The notes under the pieces were generated by a model that saw nothing but the letters and a program-made list of their open reading frames with translations, searched no databases and had not been told where the DNA came from. Below are positions 37,687-50,428 of a DNA stretch of 64,000 nucleotides, one piece after another. The DNA comes from Paraphysomonas bandaiensis. Lineage: Eukaryota > Protista > Chrysophyceae. Where the stretch lies: contig CBFFRP010000284.1 in assembly GCA_965644295.1 (NCBI GenBank), positions 124,001 through 188,000 on the forward strand, written 5' to 3'. The translations under genes were made by a program, and so were the position numbers. Each line of letters starts with the position of its first letter. Within the stretch, counting starts at the first letter, position 1.

Positions 37687-39648
37687 ATGAAATTATCAGT
37701 GAACACCAACACCCTTATCGACTACTACATCCTAACATACTCACAGGTCATATGATGCGGAGTGATTGTATATATAGGATTGTGTAGGATATGATTGCAT
37801 GTGTAGGATATGAGTGTTCTTATATGGCATGATTGTCTGTATATGATCGCATGCATGTCTGTGATTGCCTGTATATGGCATGATTGTCTGTATATGATCG
37901 CATGCATGCCTGTGATTGCCTGTATATGGCATGATTGTCTGTATATGATCGCATGCATGCCTGTGATTGCCTGTATATGGCATGATTGTCTGTATATGAT
38001 CGCATGCATGCCTGTGATTGCCTGTATATGGCATGATTGTATCATTACGGATGTAAAAGAGGGTTGTATAGGATATGATTTTCTATATATATAGGATTGT
38101 ATGGATAATGATTAATGTGTATAATATGATTGTATGGGATATGAATATTCAACGATATGATTGTGTATGATGACTGTCTGTATATGGAATGATTGTATAT
38201 ATTATTACATGTATAGGATATGATTGAATGTATTATATATGATTGAATGCATGTAACATGATTGTATAGGATTTGATTTCATGTATAGGATATGGCGCAT
38301 GTATAGGATATTGTTACATGTATGTAATCGGTCTAATATTTGGTTTTCAGATTTCACTTAAACTTTTGGTCCTTGCAATGTCTCTTGCCCTATGTGGTTA
38401 TATGTGTTGTCTCGTTACTGTTATACGGATCCCTTCGTATGTGTTGGATTGTGACGCACTCTTTCACCTCGTTATGTCAGTGTCATTCTTTCCTAGCGTT
38501 ATCAGCATATCTAGTTGTCGGGCTAAAGCGACTACTGTGTCAAGAGTTATACATATTTGCAGTCTAGTTGGAGCCGTGTGCGTTGTCTGCGTACTATGGG
38601 GGCGTGCGACTATGCGGACGGTCTACGCATTAACGCGCCCAGCTGAGAGGTATGGGCTAGAGACGGGCAGGGTGTCCCAAGTTATTGTCACCAATACCGT
38701 TAGCCTCTTCTTATCGTTGGTGTTGGCTGTCTGTTTCCTATACAGAGACTCGCTGCTGACACAGTGCTGTTATACACCCCCTGGAACGAGGTGAGCACAT
38801 CAGTACTGCAGGTGGCAAATATAAAATTGTCTATAGTTCCCCAGAGCATGAAACTGCTGATGACGATGAAAACAGTGAAGTCAGACCACTGGGTGTTTCT
38901 CAGTCAATTACATACGGATCTGCCGCCCCTCCATCCCACTCTCGTCTCCTACGCTTGCACGAGGTAAGACTCCGATAACTCTCTCATATTTTCGTGTAAA
39001 GGTCTAATGCAGGTAGGTGATCGTGTTCTGTGTCGTAGTGGGCGTGGACGAGGCAGAAGGTGGTACAGAGCCACTGTGGCGGCGGTACATGTTCCGCAGG
39101 ATGGAATTACTGGAGTTTATGATGTTGTTTATGCTGACGGAGAGATCGAGAGGTTCAAGTCACCGCTGGATGTATGCGTAGGGAACAGAGAAACAACAGG
39201 TGGTGATTCTGTCTCATCTGGGCTCTTCTTAGCAGAGGGACCGGGGCGTGTTAGCATGTGGTTGCGAGCGGTCTATGTTCACATGGCACTATCTGTGTTT
39301 ACTATCTGCCTTCTGTCGGCCTCTTACATCAATTCCATGTCCCCTCAAGACACTCTGGCGTATACTACTAGGGTATTCTTAGGATGTTATTTTTCGTTGG
39401 CGTTTTGCTATCTTACTACCATAGCGGTAGTTATCTTGGCGGTATTTCGAGACGTCGGAGTTGTAATGACTGGAGTATTCAAAAGCTCTCAAAGCTGTAC
39501 GAAGGTATGTGTGTGTGATCATGGAACGTGTACTTCCACTTACATTGTCTGAATACAGTTGGCTCTGGGTGTCATTGAAAGCATAGTAGGTGTGCCAATG
39601 CAACCACAGCTGTCGAGCACGAAGTCTGTAGAAATGTTTATACTGTAA
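37687..39648 (+). CDS. Multi-pass membrane protein with an internal Tudor/Agenet-like domain (5 exons)
   Basis: Exon 1 MKLSVNTNTLIDYYILTYSQ splices in frame over 37747-38350 to ISLKLLVLAMS. Several TM helices. VGDRVLCRSGRGRGRRWYRATVAAV...YDVVYADGEIE is Tudor-like. Confidence 0.65.
37821..38040. repeat. 51-bp minisatellite (4.3 units) within degenerate TAGGATATGATTG repeats (~37770-38330)
   Basis: Unit TATATGGCATGATTGTCTGTATATGATCGCATGCATGCCTGTGATTGCCTG at 37821, 37872, 37923, 37974 and a partial unit at 38025. Confidence 0.95.
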
Positions 39649-40619
39649 AGTCTTTTTCATTGTGTAGACAACGAAAAATAGTTAGATATCTGTTCTGTGT
39701 TCATTCTAGTGTTAGTAGGTGTATGTCCATCTGTTCCATTATGTTGTACTATTGCTACTCAGAATGAGTATTGTCTTACCACAAAAGAGTTACTAAGTCT
39801 CTTTTCTGACCTCTTTAGTAAATGTCATCTGGTCGCATTCACTGCTGGTACAAAGAGATGAAATTACATACTCACTGTAGAGACGTTTACATACTTCTAC
39901 TGTTGGAAATTGCTCATTCTTAACTAGATCTTAGAGAGAATTTGTCGTTAGACTAGATAGATTAATTAATATCGTTTACATGAAATGTGACAAACAACAC
40001 AATTTCATTTTGTTCCACGCATAATCTCCTACATATGTGAACCTCTCGTTACTAAACATATCTTAAGAGATCAAACTATTTCAGTTTCTCAGTGTCATCA
40101 CAGCATTTGTACATCACCATAATATTTCACTGTATTCTCGTACATTGTCTTCAAGTGACATACTGAATATCCTAGAATATAATCTACTACAGTTCTACAT
40201 GCGATTTATACCGCCTAATGTTGAGAATTGTATCCCTGTACATGTTGGCAAAAATACAACAAATTACTACACCACGGTAAATATCACTGGTCATAATCTG
40301 TTGTCCATATTGTTCCATGATTTAAAATTTAGCCATGTGTGTCATATTTATTTGAATCGATTAGATATATTCTACTGCAATATGTGAGACAGATGAAATG
40401 CTACACAGTTGTAATCAACAAACTTATGACTTAACAACAATCTTTTCTTTCCTCCACTACATCTAATATGCAATACAAATAGAATAATTCAGTTGTTGTT
40501 ATCATAACTTATACCTTATACTATTTCGTAATTTTGTACTTCAATAAAACGTAATATAGAAGTGCTTCCTTTATCTCCATACTGGCATAATATACAACTA
40601 AATTAAGAGTTTTATAATA

Positions 40620-41410
40620 ATATAATTTCGTCGTTTCCTTTCCTTGCTGTGGCCTGTGCTCAAAGTGCCCTTATACTATTTCCTTCCTTGTGTTTGCCAC
40701 CGGACGATGCCCTAGTTTTAGAAGTAGGACTCTTATCGGGTGTTGCCTTAATCCGAACCTTCTCTGCTCCACTGGGTGTAACACTAGAAGCCGAAATGGT
40801 AGAAGGAGCAACACAGCGAAGCAGTATTCGTATTATTTAATTTTGGTTCATCCTTCACAGCATTGGCACCGGGCAATTTCTTTTCTAACTCTAATCGAAT
40901 AGGTTTCTACTTTTAGATCCCTATTTCTGTTTCACCTCTGTCGGCGCTCCCTCTGAAGGGTAATTATCTTCGCTAGCTTCTTTACTTACTTCTTCCTCGT
41001 CGTCCTCTACATGATGCACTTCCTCGGCTGAATCACTGCTACGATCCTCCTCGTCTTCATCAGCGGCACCTTTAGGACCTTTCACATGTTATGTACATGA
41101 GGGTAAAATTTTCTCGTTAGGGCCAGAGACGGGTGAAAGCGCCGTTCTTTGTATCATGTGAATCTAGGGCGTATCATGTGAATCTAGGGCGTCTCACAGC
41201 ACATCCAGAATCATTCACACGTGCGTGCCGCTTTTGCAAAACATACTGTACAACTTGTTCATTCTCTTCGATAGATATTGAACACGTAGGGTACATTATC
41301 ACCCCCCCTGCTTTAGAGTGCGACACAGAGAAGCTCCTTCTATAGATTGACAAGACGCTGAATGTTCTTAGCAAACCGCTGCAGTTTTACGCGTTGATCT
41401 AGTGATATGA
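40620..41410 (-). pseudogene. NOP2: NOP2 (rRNA m5C methyltransferase) pseudogene, C-terminal half
   Basis: ISLDQRVKLQRFAKNIQRLVNL*KELL, SKAGGVIMYPTCSISIEENEQVVQYVLQKRH and PRFT*YKERRFHPSLALTRKFYPHVHNM, then an acidic tail. Contains stops, frameshifts and a 20-bp tandem duplication (41151-41190). Confidence 0.8.
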
Positions 41411-42044
41411 GAGTTATGTCCATCAGTTGTCCTCACAGACCAACAGACTAATCCTGACAATACACTCAAAACCCGCATTATTGTGTTAAAATACTAAAAA
41501 TATTTTACAAAAAATACGCGCTTTTAGCTTTCCTCCCAGCTTTTCAGTTGAGATCCTTTCACAATAAGAGCCCTACGTACAGCAGCACATGGTACAGTAC
41601 AGTATCAATATCGATACATGATACAGCAGCAGTGTCAGTATCTAGATCTACAGCAGTGTATATACCGACATGTTCTGTATTCCATATTCTACAACACTTT
41701 GAACTTTGTATGTGTGTATTCTCATAGAGCTCAACTCTGTATTATATCGTAGTATCTGCTGTATATGCTGCGCTGTTTGTTATGTAGCAGCAAATAATTT
41801 GGAAGGTACATACATACATATACACATACATGAGCCTCTGGCTATCTGCATAGACACGAATCATCTGCTGAGTGAAAGCTAGAATGCAGATGCATGACAT
41901 AAGATTAATAGCCTGATAATAAAATGGTTTATCGCAGTTAGTATGAACGAGGAGCTCTTATTCAATTGATACATACATAGAGAGCCCATCTACGCTGATC
42001 TCTCAATACAACTGCTATAACTAGCAATAAACACTAATAGAACG

Positions 42045-45000
42045 ATGAGTTTTATGATAAGAAGTAGTTTTAAAAATAATTTTTTTAATCAACGTCCTCT
42101 GAATGAGTATCAAGGCTCTGTTAGTTGTGACATCACTGAATTGAGAGATTTGCCAAAGAAAAGATTGAAAAAAGTTTATGTTGTTCACAAACTTGTGGGT
42201 AATAATGGGGGAGATATGACTCAAACCTCTTGTTCGTATTGTCAGCTTTCGTCAAGTGGTAAGGATGTTTTTACACCGAAGGATAAAAGTAGGTCTCGGA
42301 TAGAGTACAATGATATATTTATTACGCCAGATCTTGTTTTGTCTATGGAAGTTATTGTGAAGCAAACGCTTGGAAGGAAAGTGATTTGCAGCCTTCAGGT
42401 CAAAGTGTCCGATGTTGTCAAACATGCCGACTCTGTCAAAGACATCAATTACCCGTTGTCGCCTGGCGGAGAATGTCGTTTGAGTATAGCAGTGACACCC
42501 CCACCTGCCCTCTCGCCTACTCTCTCAGAAAATGACAAAGATAATGAAAATGACACCCCTTCTGCGCCCCGTTTTCTTCGACCGAAGCGTTCAGCTGCTG
42601 TCAAAGACAAAGTACAGGAGGGCGTCGAAGACGAGGTGAAGGAGTCTACCACTGTGGCTGACTGTAGTCCTACAGGTGGATCACGGCCCTTCACCAAGAG
42701 TCTGTCAGCTATCCACGAGCCAACCGAGAGCGAATATATTTCGTGTGATACTAGTAGTATCCTGCCAGAACCTCCTTCTTGTGAGACAGAAGCTGAACCT
42801 ACAGACAAGAACATCGCTTCCTCTGATGCCCAAATTGAAGAACCCTCGCATTTGCGTACTGAAAATTGCGGAGCCGCTAGCAATAGCCCCCAACCAGCAG
42901 AATGTGTAGAGAACAGGACCAGTGAAGACCTACGCTCTCTTTCTAGTACTGGGGGAATAGATCAAGGAGTCGGTGGCAAGGAAATGCAGCAGGATGTGAT
43001 CCCCCCGTCTGAACCCGTGAGGGGACTGTACCGACAGTCTAGTTGCAGTGGGAGTCGGCGGCGTGCTGTGGATGCTGGAGAATTGTCCGGAAGGCCTAAG
43101 TCAGTTACGCGGTGGAATAGTGCAACAGGCGCTTCGCTCACTCGCCAGGCCAGCAGAAGAAAGTCAGATGGAGACCGCGTTCCGTTCAGCAGTGATTATC
43201 ATACCCCTCCCTTGCACCGAACACAGAGTCTGAAGAAACGCCGTGACAGTGATGAGCATACTCACACCCACAGTGGTGACTCCTCTCGACACTCCACCGG
43301 AGCGATATCAAGGCAGCACAGCCTAAAGAAACGTCGTAGTGCTGACGATGAGGACAGCAAACATGCTGTTGCCAGCTCTGATAGTCGAGTGAGCATGGCA
43401 CTCATACGAAAGCTTAGTGGTCGGTCAATGATGTCGGAAGATGGGGATGAGGAGATAGGACTGGTGCGGTCAGACTCAAACCGAAGCCTTCAGAATCGTG
43501 CGTTGAGTTGGTTGGAACAACAAGTAGATGAAGAACCGGATGCAGCAGTCAGTACTACCCCAGTCCTGCGTACGCCGCCTCCACGGGATAGTGAGGAGGC
43601 TATTGATCATGGTGCAGCCAGTCCTAGTATCATGCAGGCACTAGAGTCAGACGAAATCCACTCCCCGGTGCCGTTCGCGCCTGCTTCTAATGGGGGGAAA
43701 AGATCTGCTCCCAGAGGTGTGTTGTACATGCCATCTACTATAGAGGAGGAAGGAAGTGACGTACAGGATCGTGCGAGCCATCTAGCCGCCGCGCTAAAGC
43801 ACGAAGGAGATAAACATGAGCTGCGTGGGCCTGCACGGGCTTTCCGTACGGACATCGGGACTGTTTCATCTCTGACAGTGTCTTCATTTTCACCTGGTCC
43901 CTCCCCGCCGGCCACTCCAAACACAGTACGACATCAAGATTCTGTCGACACTTTCGCGTCCAAGCGATCATATAACAGACGGGGTTCAATATCTACCACT
44001 ACACCGAAGGCTGTGTTTGACGAAGACACCGAAATGAAAGAGGAAAAGGAGCTCGCAACCCCCATAAAACTGGAGACAGAATTGGAGGACACTAAAAGCA
44101 GTTATAACGAGAGTGATGAAGATAATCATGGGAGAAGCAACAATGACGAAGACTTCACACTGAATTTGCCTGGAGAGGAGAAAGAGGGCAGCGAGTACTG
44201 GAGTAAACAGCATGGCACAGGAATTAAATCTGCCCGCCGCGACTCCAGGATAACTCCTCGTAAAAGGAATCGCATGACGTTGACTACCATGCGTTCTGTT
44301 AACAGCTGGGACGAAAAGGAGTCAGTTGCGGATGTAGTAAAGGCTGCCATGCACGAACGTATTGCGAACGAGGATTCGCAGTTAGACGAGTTCGAAGATG
44401 CAGGTAGTGAACCTGGTATAGAGTGTTGGATTGTGGACAAGGGTCAGTTACGCAAGATGGATACTGACGACATTGGAACATTCTATAATGCTGACTGTTA
44501 TATCCTTCTACACACTGAGGAGAATGGTGCGATATCCGAGAAGGAGCTCCAGTGGTCGGTACATACGTGGGTGGGATCCAAAACTGAAAGAGATAAAATA
44601 ACTATCGCTGCTTTCAAAGCCCAGTACTTGTGCAAGTACCTGGGCAACATCCATTTGATACACAATAAAGAGGGTGAAGAGACCGACGAGTTTATAGAGA
44701 TGCTCTACGGAAATATAACTGTAGAGGAAGGATCTATTGCTCAATCAGCTCTCAAACCCTGTCAGATACACGAATATTTCTCCAAAGATGAAACAACGGT
44801 ACGATTACTTAAGATATCATCAGGCAATAGCTCAGTGCTATCTGTGCTGGGTGGATCCTCCGGTGCGCCTTCATTGGAGGCGGTAGCTCTTGACCGCTCG
44901 AACTTGGTTTCAAACTCTGCCCTCATTCTTGACCCTGGAGGGGCAGTCATTTATCAGTGGAGAGGGGCAAGAGCATCCCATGTGGCAAGAGCACGTGCAT

Positions 45001-48000
45001 TTGAGGCCGCTTTCAGTCTAAGGTCAGAGCGGATCAAGACATACCCAGGGTGTCAGATAGAGGTTGTGGATGAAGACAACGAACCAGATGAATTTTGGGC
45101 TGCGTTTAATGTGCATCAGAGCAAAACAGCGGCGAAACGACGGGGCAGTCACAGAAGCACTGGTAGTACTGTCACAAGAGAGACTGAAGACCACAGCACG
45201 GATATTTATGGGTCAGAAAGTGAGGGCTCGGTTTCAGGCACTGAAACCTGTGGATATTCAGAACAGAGTGATATGGATGGAACAATGTCGCTATCGTGCT
45301 CTGAGCTGTCATTCATGGATGATGATGACGACATCATTTACGACATGGATGATATCAAAGGGTATTGTGTAGATCAAATAGAGGGTCATACGGAAATGCA
45401 GCGCAGGCAAATTGCAAGCCAATCGAGGGTTCTCAATCCCCGTGCACTTCGTAATCAGGAATCTTTGGATGTTAGTCATGATGATGACCGGTCTCAACAC
45501 AGTGAAGAGGGAACAAAGAATGTTAGTCTCTACCGTATCGGATATGTTGATGGAAAACTGGAGACTTCGAGATTGTGTGGTATCAACTCTGCTGGGGAGG
45601 ATTTTGGTCCTCCGGACAAGTCCATGCTCGACACGAAGGGCGTGTTTATATTAGATTACAACGAGGAAGTCTATGTATGGATGGGGCGCAAGAGTGCAGG
45701 GGAGCTTAGACTAGCGGGTATGACAGTTGCGAAAGCACTGGTGCAACACTCGAAACCGGAACACGTCAAAGTTGCCAGTGTACTTGAGGGTGATGAGCCT
45801 ATCCTCTTCAAGGCGAAGTTTCCTGGTTGGTACGAGTCTGAACTGAAGCAACAGGTGCTGCACCGGCGCACCACTAGATTCCGCCCGCCCAGTCCGCCCC
45901 CCAAGCGCAGCATAACTGCGGTAGTTAATGACAGCGTCGAGTACATGCGGCGCCGCAAGGCGAGAGCGAAACATGGGCAGAGGAACAAGAAGAGTGCACG
46001 CTATGTGTGCAGGAGCAAGATAGCTCAATATGAGCGACAGCCTCTGGATGATATTTTGGACATGGATGACGGTAAGGGTGTAACAGTGGTTTGGAAGATC
46101 GCCGAAGGGACTCTACGTTCTGTACCTAGAAGCGACCAGGGGCACTTCTGGACACACGAAACATACGTGATTCTGTATGGATTCACACTTCCAGATGGCA
46201 AGGATAAGGAGGATGAGGAGAGCAGCAGTGATGAGGACGAGGAAAGAAAAAAGCCACAGTTTGTGCTGTACTTCTGGCAGGGCCCACACAGTAAGGACAA
46301 AGCGTATACGCAGTGGAAATTGGGAATTCTTCCTGAGAAGAAAAAGGAGTGGGTAGAGCAGATGGGCAGTATGCCTCCCGAAATACGTGTTCAACAAGGC
46401 AAAGAGCCTTTACACTTTTTCAAAATATTTAAGCATAGATATGTGGTTCACTTTCCTTTTCTAAGCATCGTGCGCCAGAAGAACCGTGCCGAAGTCAAAG
46501 TCAGGGAAATGCAGAGTGAAATACTGAGGCGTGAACGAATTAGATCGAGCCGGTTACCTGCACCACGTACACCCATTAGGCGGGTCAGTGGGGTATTTTC
46601 ACCGACCAGCTCGAAGAGCTTGCTCAATGTCGCTCGCACCCCTACTAGGTGCCCGTCGCCTAACAGCTCCATTGCGCCACTCCAGAAAGACCACTCATTC
46701 AGGAGTATAGACTCATCTGTCGCTGACGACGTGGCCACGTATAAGTCGCCGGTGAGCAAGTCGATATTTCACATGGAAATGACCGCCGGGGTCCTGCTCT
46801 TTCACGTCAGAGGAAGTGGGCTCATTGATGAAGACGTCCATGCGGTGCAGATCGAGGCCCGTTCTACTCGCCTCAACTCATCCGATTGTTTCATCGCTAT
46901 TCGCCCATATGGCGCATCTAAGTCATTTGTTTGGCTGTGGGTAGGGAGAGGAAGTCAGTATTTTGAACAAGAAGCAGCTGGATCACTGGCAATGATGCTT
47001 CTTCGTTGGCTGCATCCGAGCACAACCAAAAACCAGGTTCGAGTGGTAGAAGAAGGGGCGGGCGAGTGGTTCAATAAATGGATTGCGAAGTCATTTTACC
47101 GTGCGCTTGGTGGCTTTGATGTTTATTCGAACTTTGATCTATTGCAAACGCCCCGATACTTGCGCCCTCCGGCCCTCCAGTACCCCCAACTATTCCTTTG
47201 CGAGATGCTGCGAGGGGAGTATGCTATTACTATGGTAGAGAGATACTCACAATATGATTTGGTTGAAAGTGGAGCTGCCATATTAGATGCACACTTCGCA
47301 CTGTTTGTTTGGTTTGGAAGGACTTGTGGAGCAGCGCTCAGAGTAACATCAATAAAAGTTGCTCAAAAATTTAGTAAGTGATTATATGTGCGCTTTGTGA
47401 AACAACTTACAGTGTTTTGTTGTAGTGGGGTCTCTGAGAAAAGGAGCGTGTCGGCTGGATAGAAAAGTGGTGGAAGTAGACCAGGATCATGAAAGCGCTC
47501 CTTTTATATCATGTTTCCACGGTTGGTGCGATTGGGAGCTGTTGACCAAGAGATTTGTGGATCCTCGCCAGGTTAGGGTGGACTGCAGAGTGAGGATGGG
47601 CCTGATGGGCGATATGGCGGCTTATGTTGGCAAACCAATTGAGGGATTGAGCAAGTCTCAGGCAGAGACGCTGACAAAGGAGTTTAAGAAAAGACAGAGC
47701 CAAGAAAAGAAGAAGAAGGAGACAAGTCAGCCGGCGACAAAAGAATCCATCAGGAGACGCATCAGAAGTATGATAAAGAAGCGGGAGGAAGAGGAGCTTG
47801 TACTGGCATCTGGTGGAACTCTGAATCAAGAGAAACCGAAACTGGTGGCGGATGCGTCCTACAACTCCCCAGCTGTTGCACCGCCCCAGCCCTCTAAACT
47901 ATCTATCGGTAACATATTTGATCCCAACAGGAATAGATTTTCTCCCACACAATCTGATGGATCAGATGTTGTTGATGGAGACGAGACTGATGATGCGGTT

Positions 48001-48708
48001 GTCCTTACGGATACATTGGGATCTAAAGACGTTACAGAAAATCATCAGCCCGATCCACAGCCGCAAGTATCAAATGTACCATCGTCTGTAACATCGCCAC
48101 ATTCTTCCCCGAAGAAGGACCTTCATCTTAAAGAAGGGAAGAATGATGGTGCAGAAGTGTCGGGAGACGGTGGTACGCCAAAGACAAAGAGTACACGGTC
48201 TTCTGTAAATTCTGCGGGAAAATCACCTAGACAATCGATCAGTAGCCCTGCCAGTAGTAAAGATACTAATGGTGGTCCCCGAGATAGAATACGAAGTGGT
48301 CCTGTTGTCTCAAAGAAAAAGACCTCCATGGCATACAAGAACGTACAATCGCGCTATATGAACCAACCTGCGAGATATTTCTCTGCGATATCTTCTCCAG
48401 CATCTGCAGGAGAAAATGTAGAAGAACGAAGAGGAAGTCACAACGGTGTTCACCGTCCCGGTAGTGGGACACAGAGAGTCACATCACCTCCTTTTGGGTT
48501 TGTGAAGCCCTCCCCTTCTCCTCCGGTCCCTTCACTGGCAAGCACTGAAGTTAAAGAAGGAAGAAAACCGTACATAGATTACCTACGTCCCAAGAATGTA
48601 GAGACGGGCGTTCACTCTTCGGATAAACGGAGAACAAGTATAACTAGAATCATATCAGCCGCTGGAAATAAACAGAGAAGAGGACATAGCAGTGGTAGTC
48701 AGAAATAA
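42045..48708 (+). CDS. Giant gelsolin/villin-family protein (~2200 aa, 2 exons) with a C2-like N-terminus and no obvious headpiece
   Basis: Gelsolin repeats: GIECWIV...GTFYNADCYILL...WVGSK, LDTKGVFILD...VYVWMGRKS, VVWKI...GHFWTHETYVILY...LYFWQG, RLNSSDCFI. An intron at ~47373-47425 joins the last ORF. Confidence 0.88.
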
Positions 48709-50428
48709 CAAATGTCGTAACTGAAAGTACCTTGTATAATGCGTTGTGTATACTAGTGCATTGCTGTGGTTTGATGACTTAATACCGTTTTGATAATAAT
48801 ATTTATCGACATTAGCTTGATAACCTACGATAATGGTATCAATCGATACGCCCATCAACCGAAAGTCTTCTTGTAAAGGACAATAGTTAACAATTGCTGC
48901 AAAATAGTGAGCTATTATTTTTGTCAATAGAATTACTTATAACGACACAGATGGCGATGGATATCGGACAGTTCGTTTACCATATGAAGCTGGTGCAGAG
49001 CATATACATTTAACCGCATGCACATTCGTTACCGTGAAGTTCGGAATTAGATTGCGGTTCTCTTTCGAGTTGGTATAGAAATAAGAGGGGGGTACAACTA
49101 GAAATAGAAATAGGAATGAAGCTGGATGAATAATATATAATATAGCTACATATTTCTAAGCCATGTACATGTAAAGAACTAGCAGTGCGGCAATGGTTTG
49201 CTTTTCAGGAATGGATTTAAAATCTATAGACGGACAGGTTTTCATCTGCGAAGAAACATATTGTGCAGATGCACTCAACGGCTTCCACACTGGAGGGAAG
49301 TGCTGTATTTCCGTAAAACAGATTATTCAGTGAAGTATGTGTGTTGCCCAGCAGCATTGCTGCGAAGGCAGTGAAGCTGGGCACTAAACAGCTCAAATTT
49401 TAGTGACAGTAATTTAAGTATTCATGTGAGCGGAGAAGGGATTTAGATGATTTTAAGGTATTCCAATTGTAACATATCAAAAATGTTGATCTACATATAA
49501 TATTTCGAAAAATCATTTGATATAAATGTTGAATTGTTGAGGACATGATGCATTGCTAATATTATTAGATTCAAAGTAGTGGCATACTCTTATGAAACTG
49601 CAGCGACACCCTCACTCTTTGTATCTGTAAAAAATGTCTTTGTTATATGCCTCCTCAGTTAGATAGCAACTACCTAACTTTAGACTTTCTTCGTACCATC
49701 TACATTTAGGGGTATACGAGTAAACCAACGAGTTTAGCAATAAATGAATTTACTGCGTTCGAATCTAATAGAGAAGTACAACTAGAATATTGATTGCAAC
49801 ATATTACAATATAGTATGAGCTACCTTACCCGTAACAATATTGATGGTAGTCCAGTTCCCGGTAATTATAATAGCATATTACGGCAATTATAATTGGTTA
49901 CCAGGCCCTGGTTACTGAGTTACTCATGCCTGACGTATGACTATATATATGATATATGAATATATGATATAGGAGTGACTGGTGAACTTATTATAATAAA
50001 CATATGTTTTTGAGACACTGTTCACCAGATGCTACATGAATATGTTGTGAAGTGTTGAGATTAATAATTATAAATCTTTCTTGAGTGTACGTTGTGCGAA
50101 ACAAAGCAAGGTTAAACTAAGCAAGGTTAACTTAAGTGTAACGTCCAATTCTAACACACACGACACCAATACGTCCCATCGTTCAATCAGAATAGACTGC
50201 ATATGGAAAAAGATTCTGGCGAATAAAGCTACGAGAGACATATTTCTTGAATATCTGATTTAATTAATCGATTTATAGTTATGGCAGGAGTGGAGTATTC
50301 TCTGGATGATACATCACCCGGGGTAATTATTGAGGTTAAATTGTATTAAATCACCCGCTATTGTTAATATCAAGCAATAGAACGCCGTATTGGAATTTCA
50401 GTCAACAAATCGTCAGTATGTTATGACT

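Noticed and set aside
37725-38094. 17-aa repeat ORFs and a CRISPR-like appearance
   Set aside because: Head-to-tail 51-bp tandem units with no unique spacers; the ORFs are by-products of the 3n unit length.
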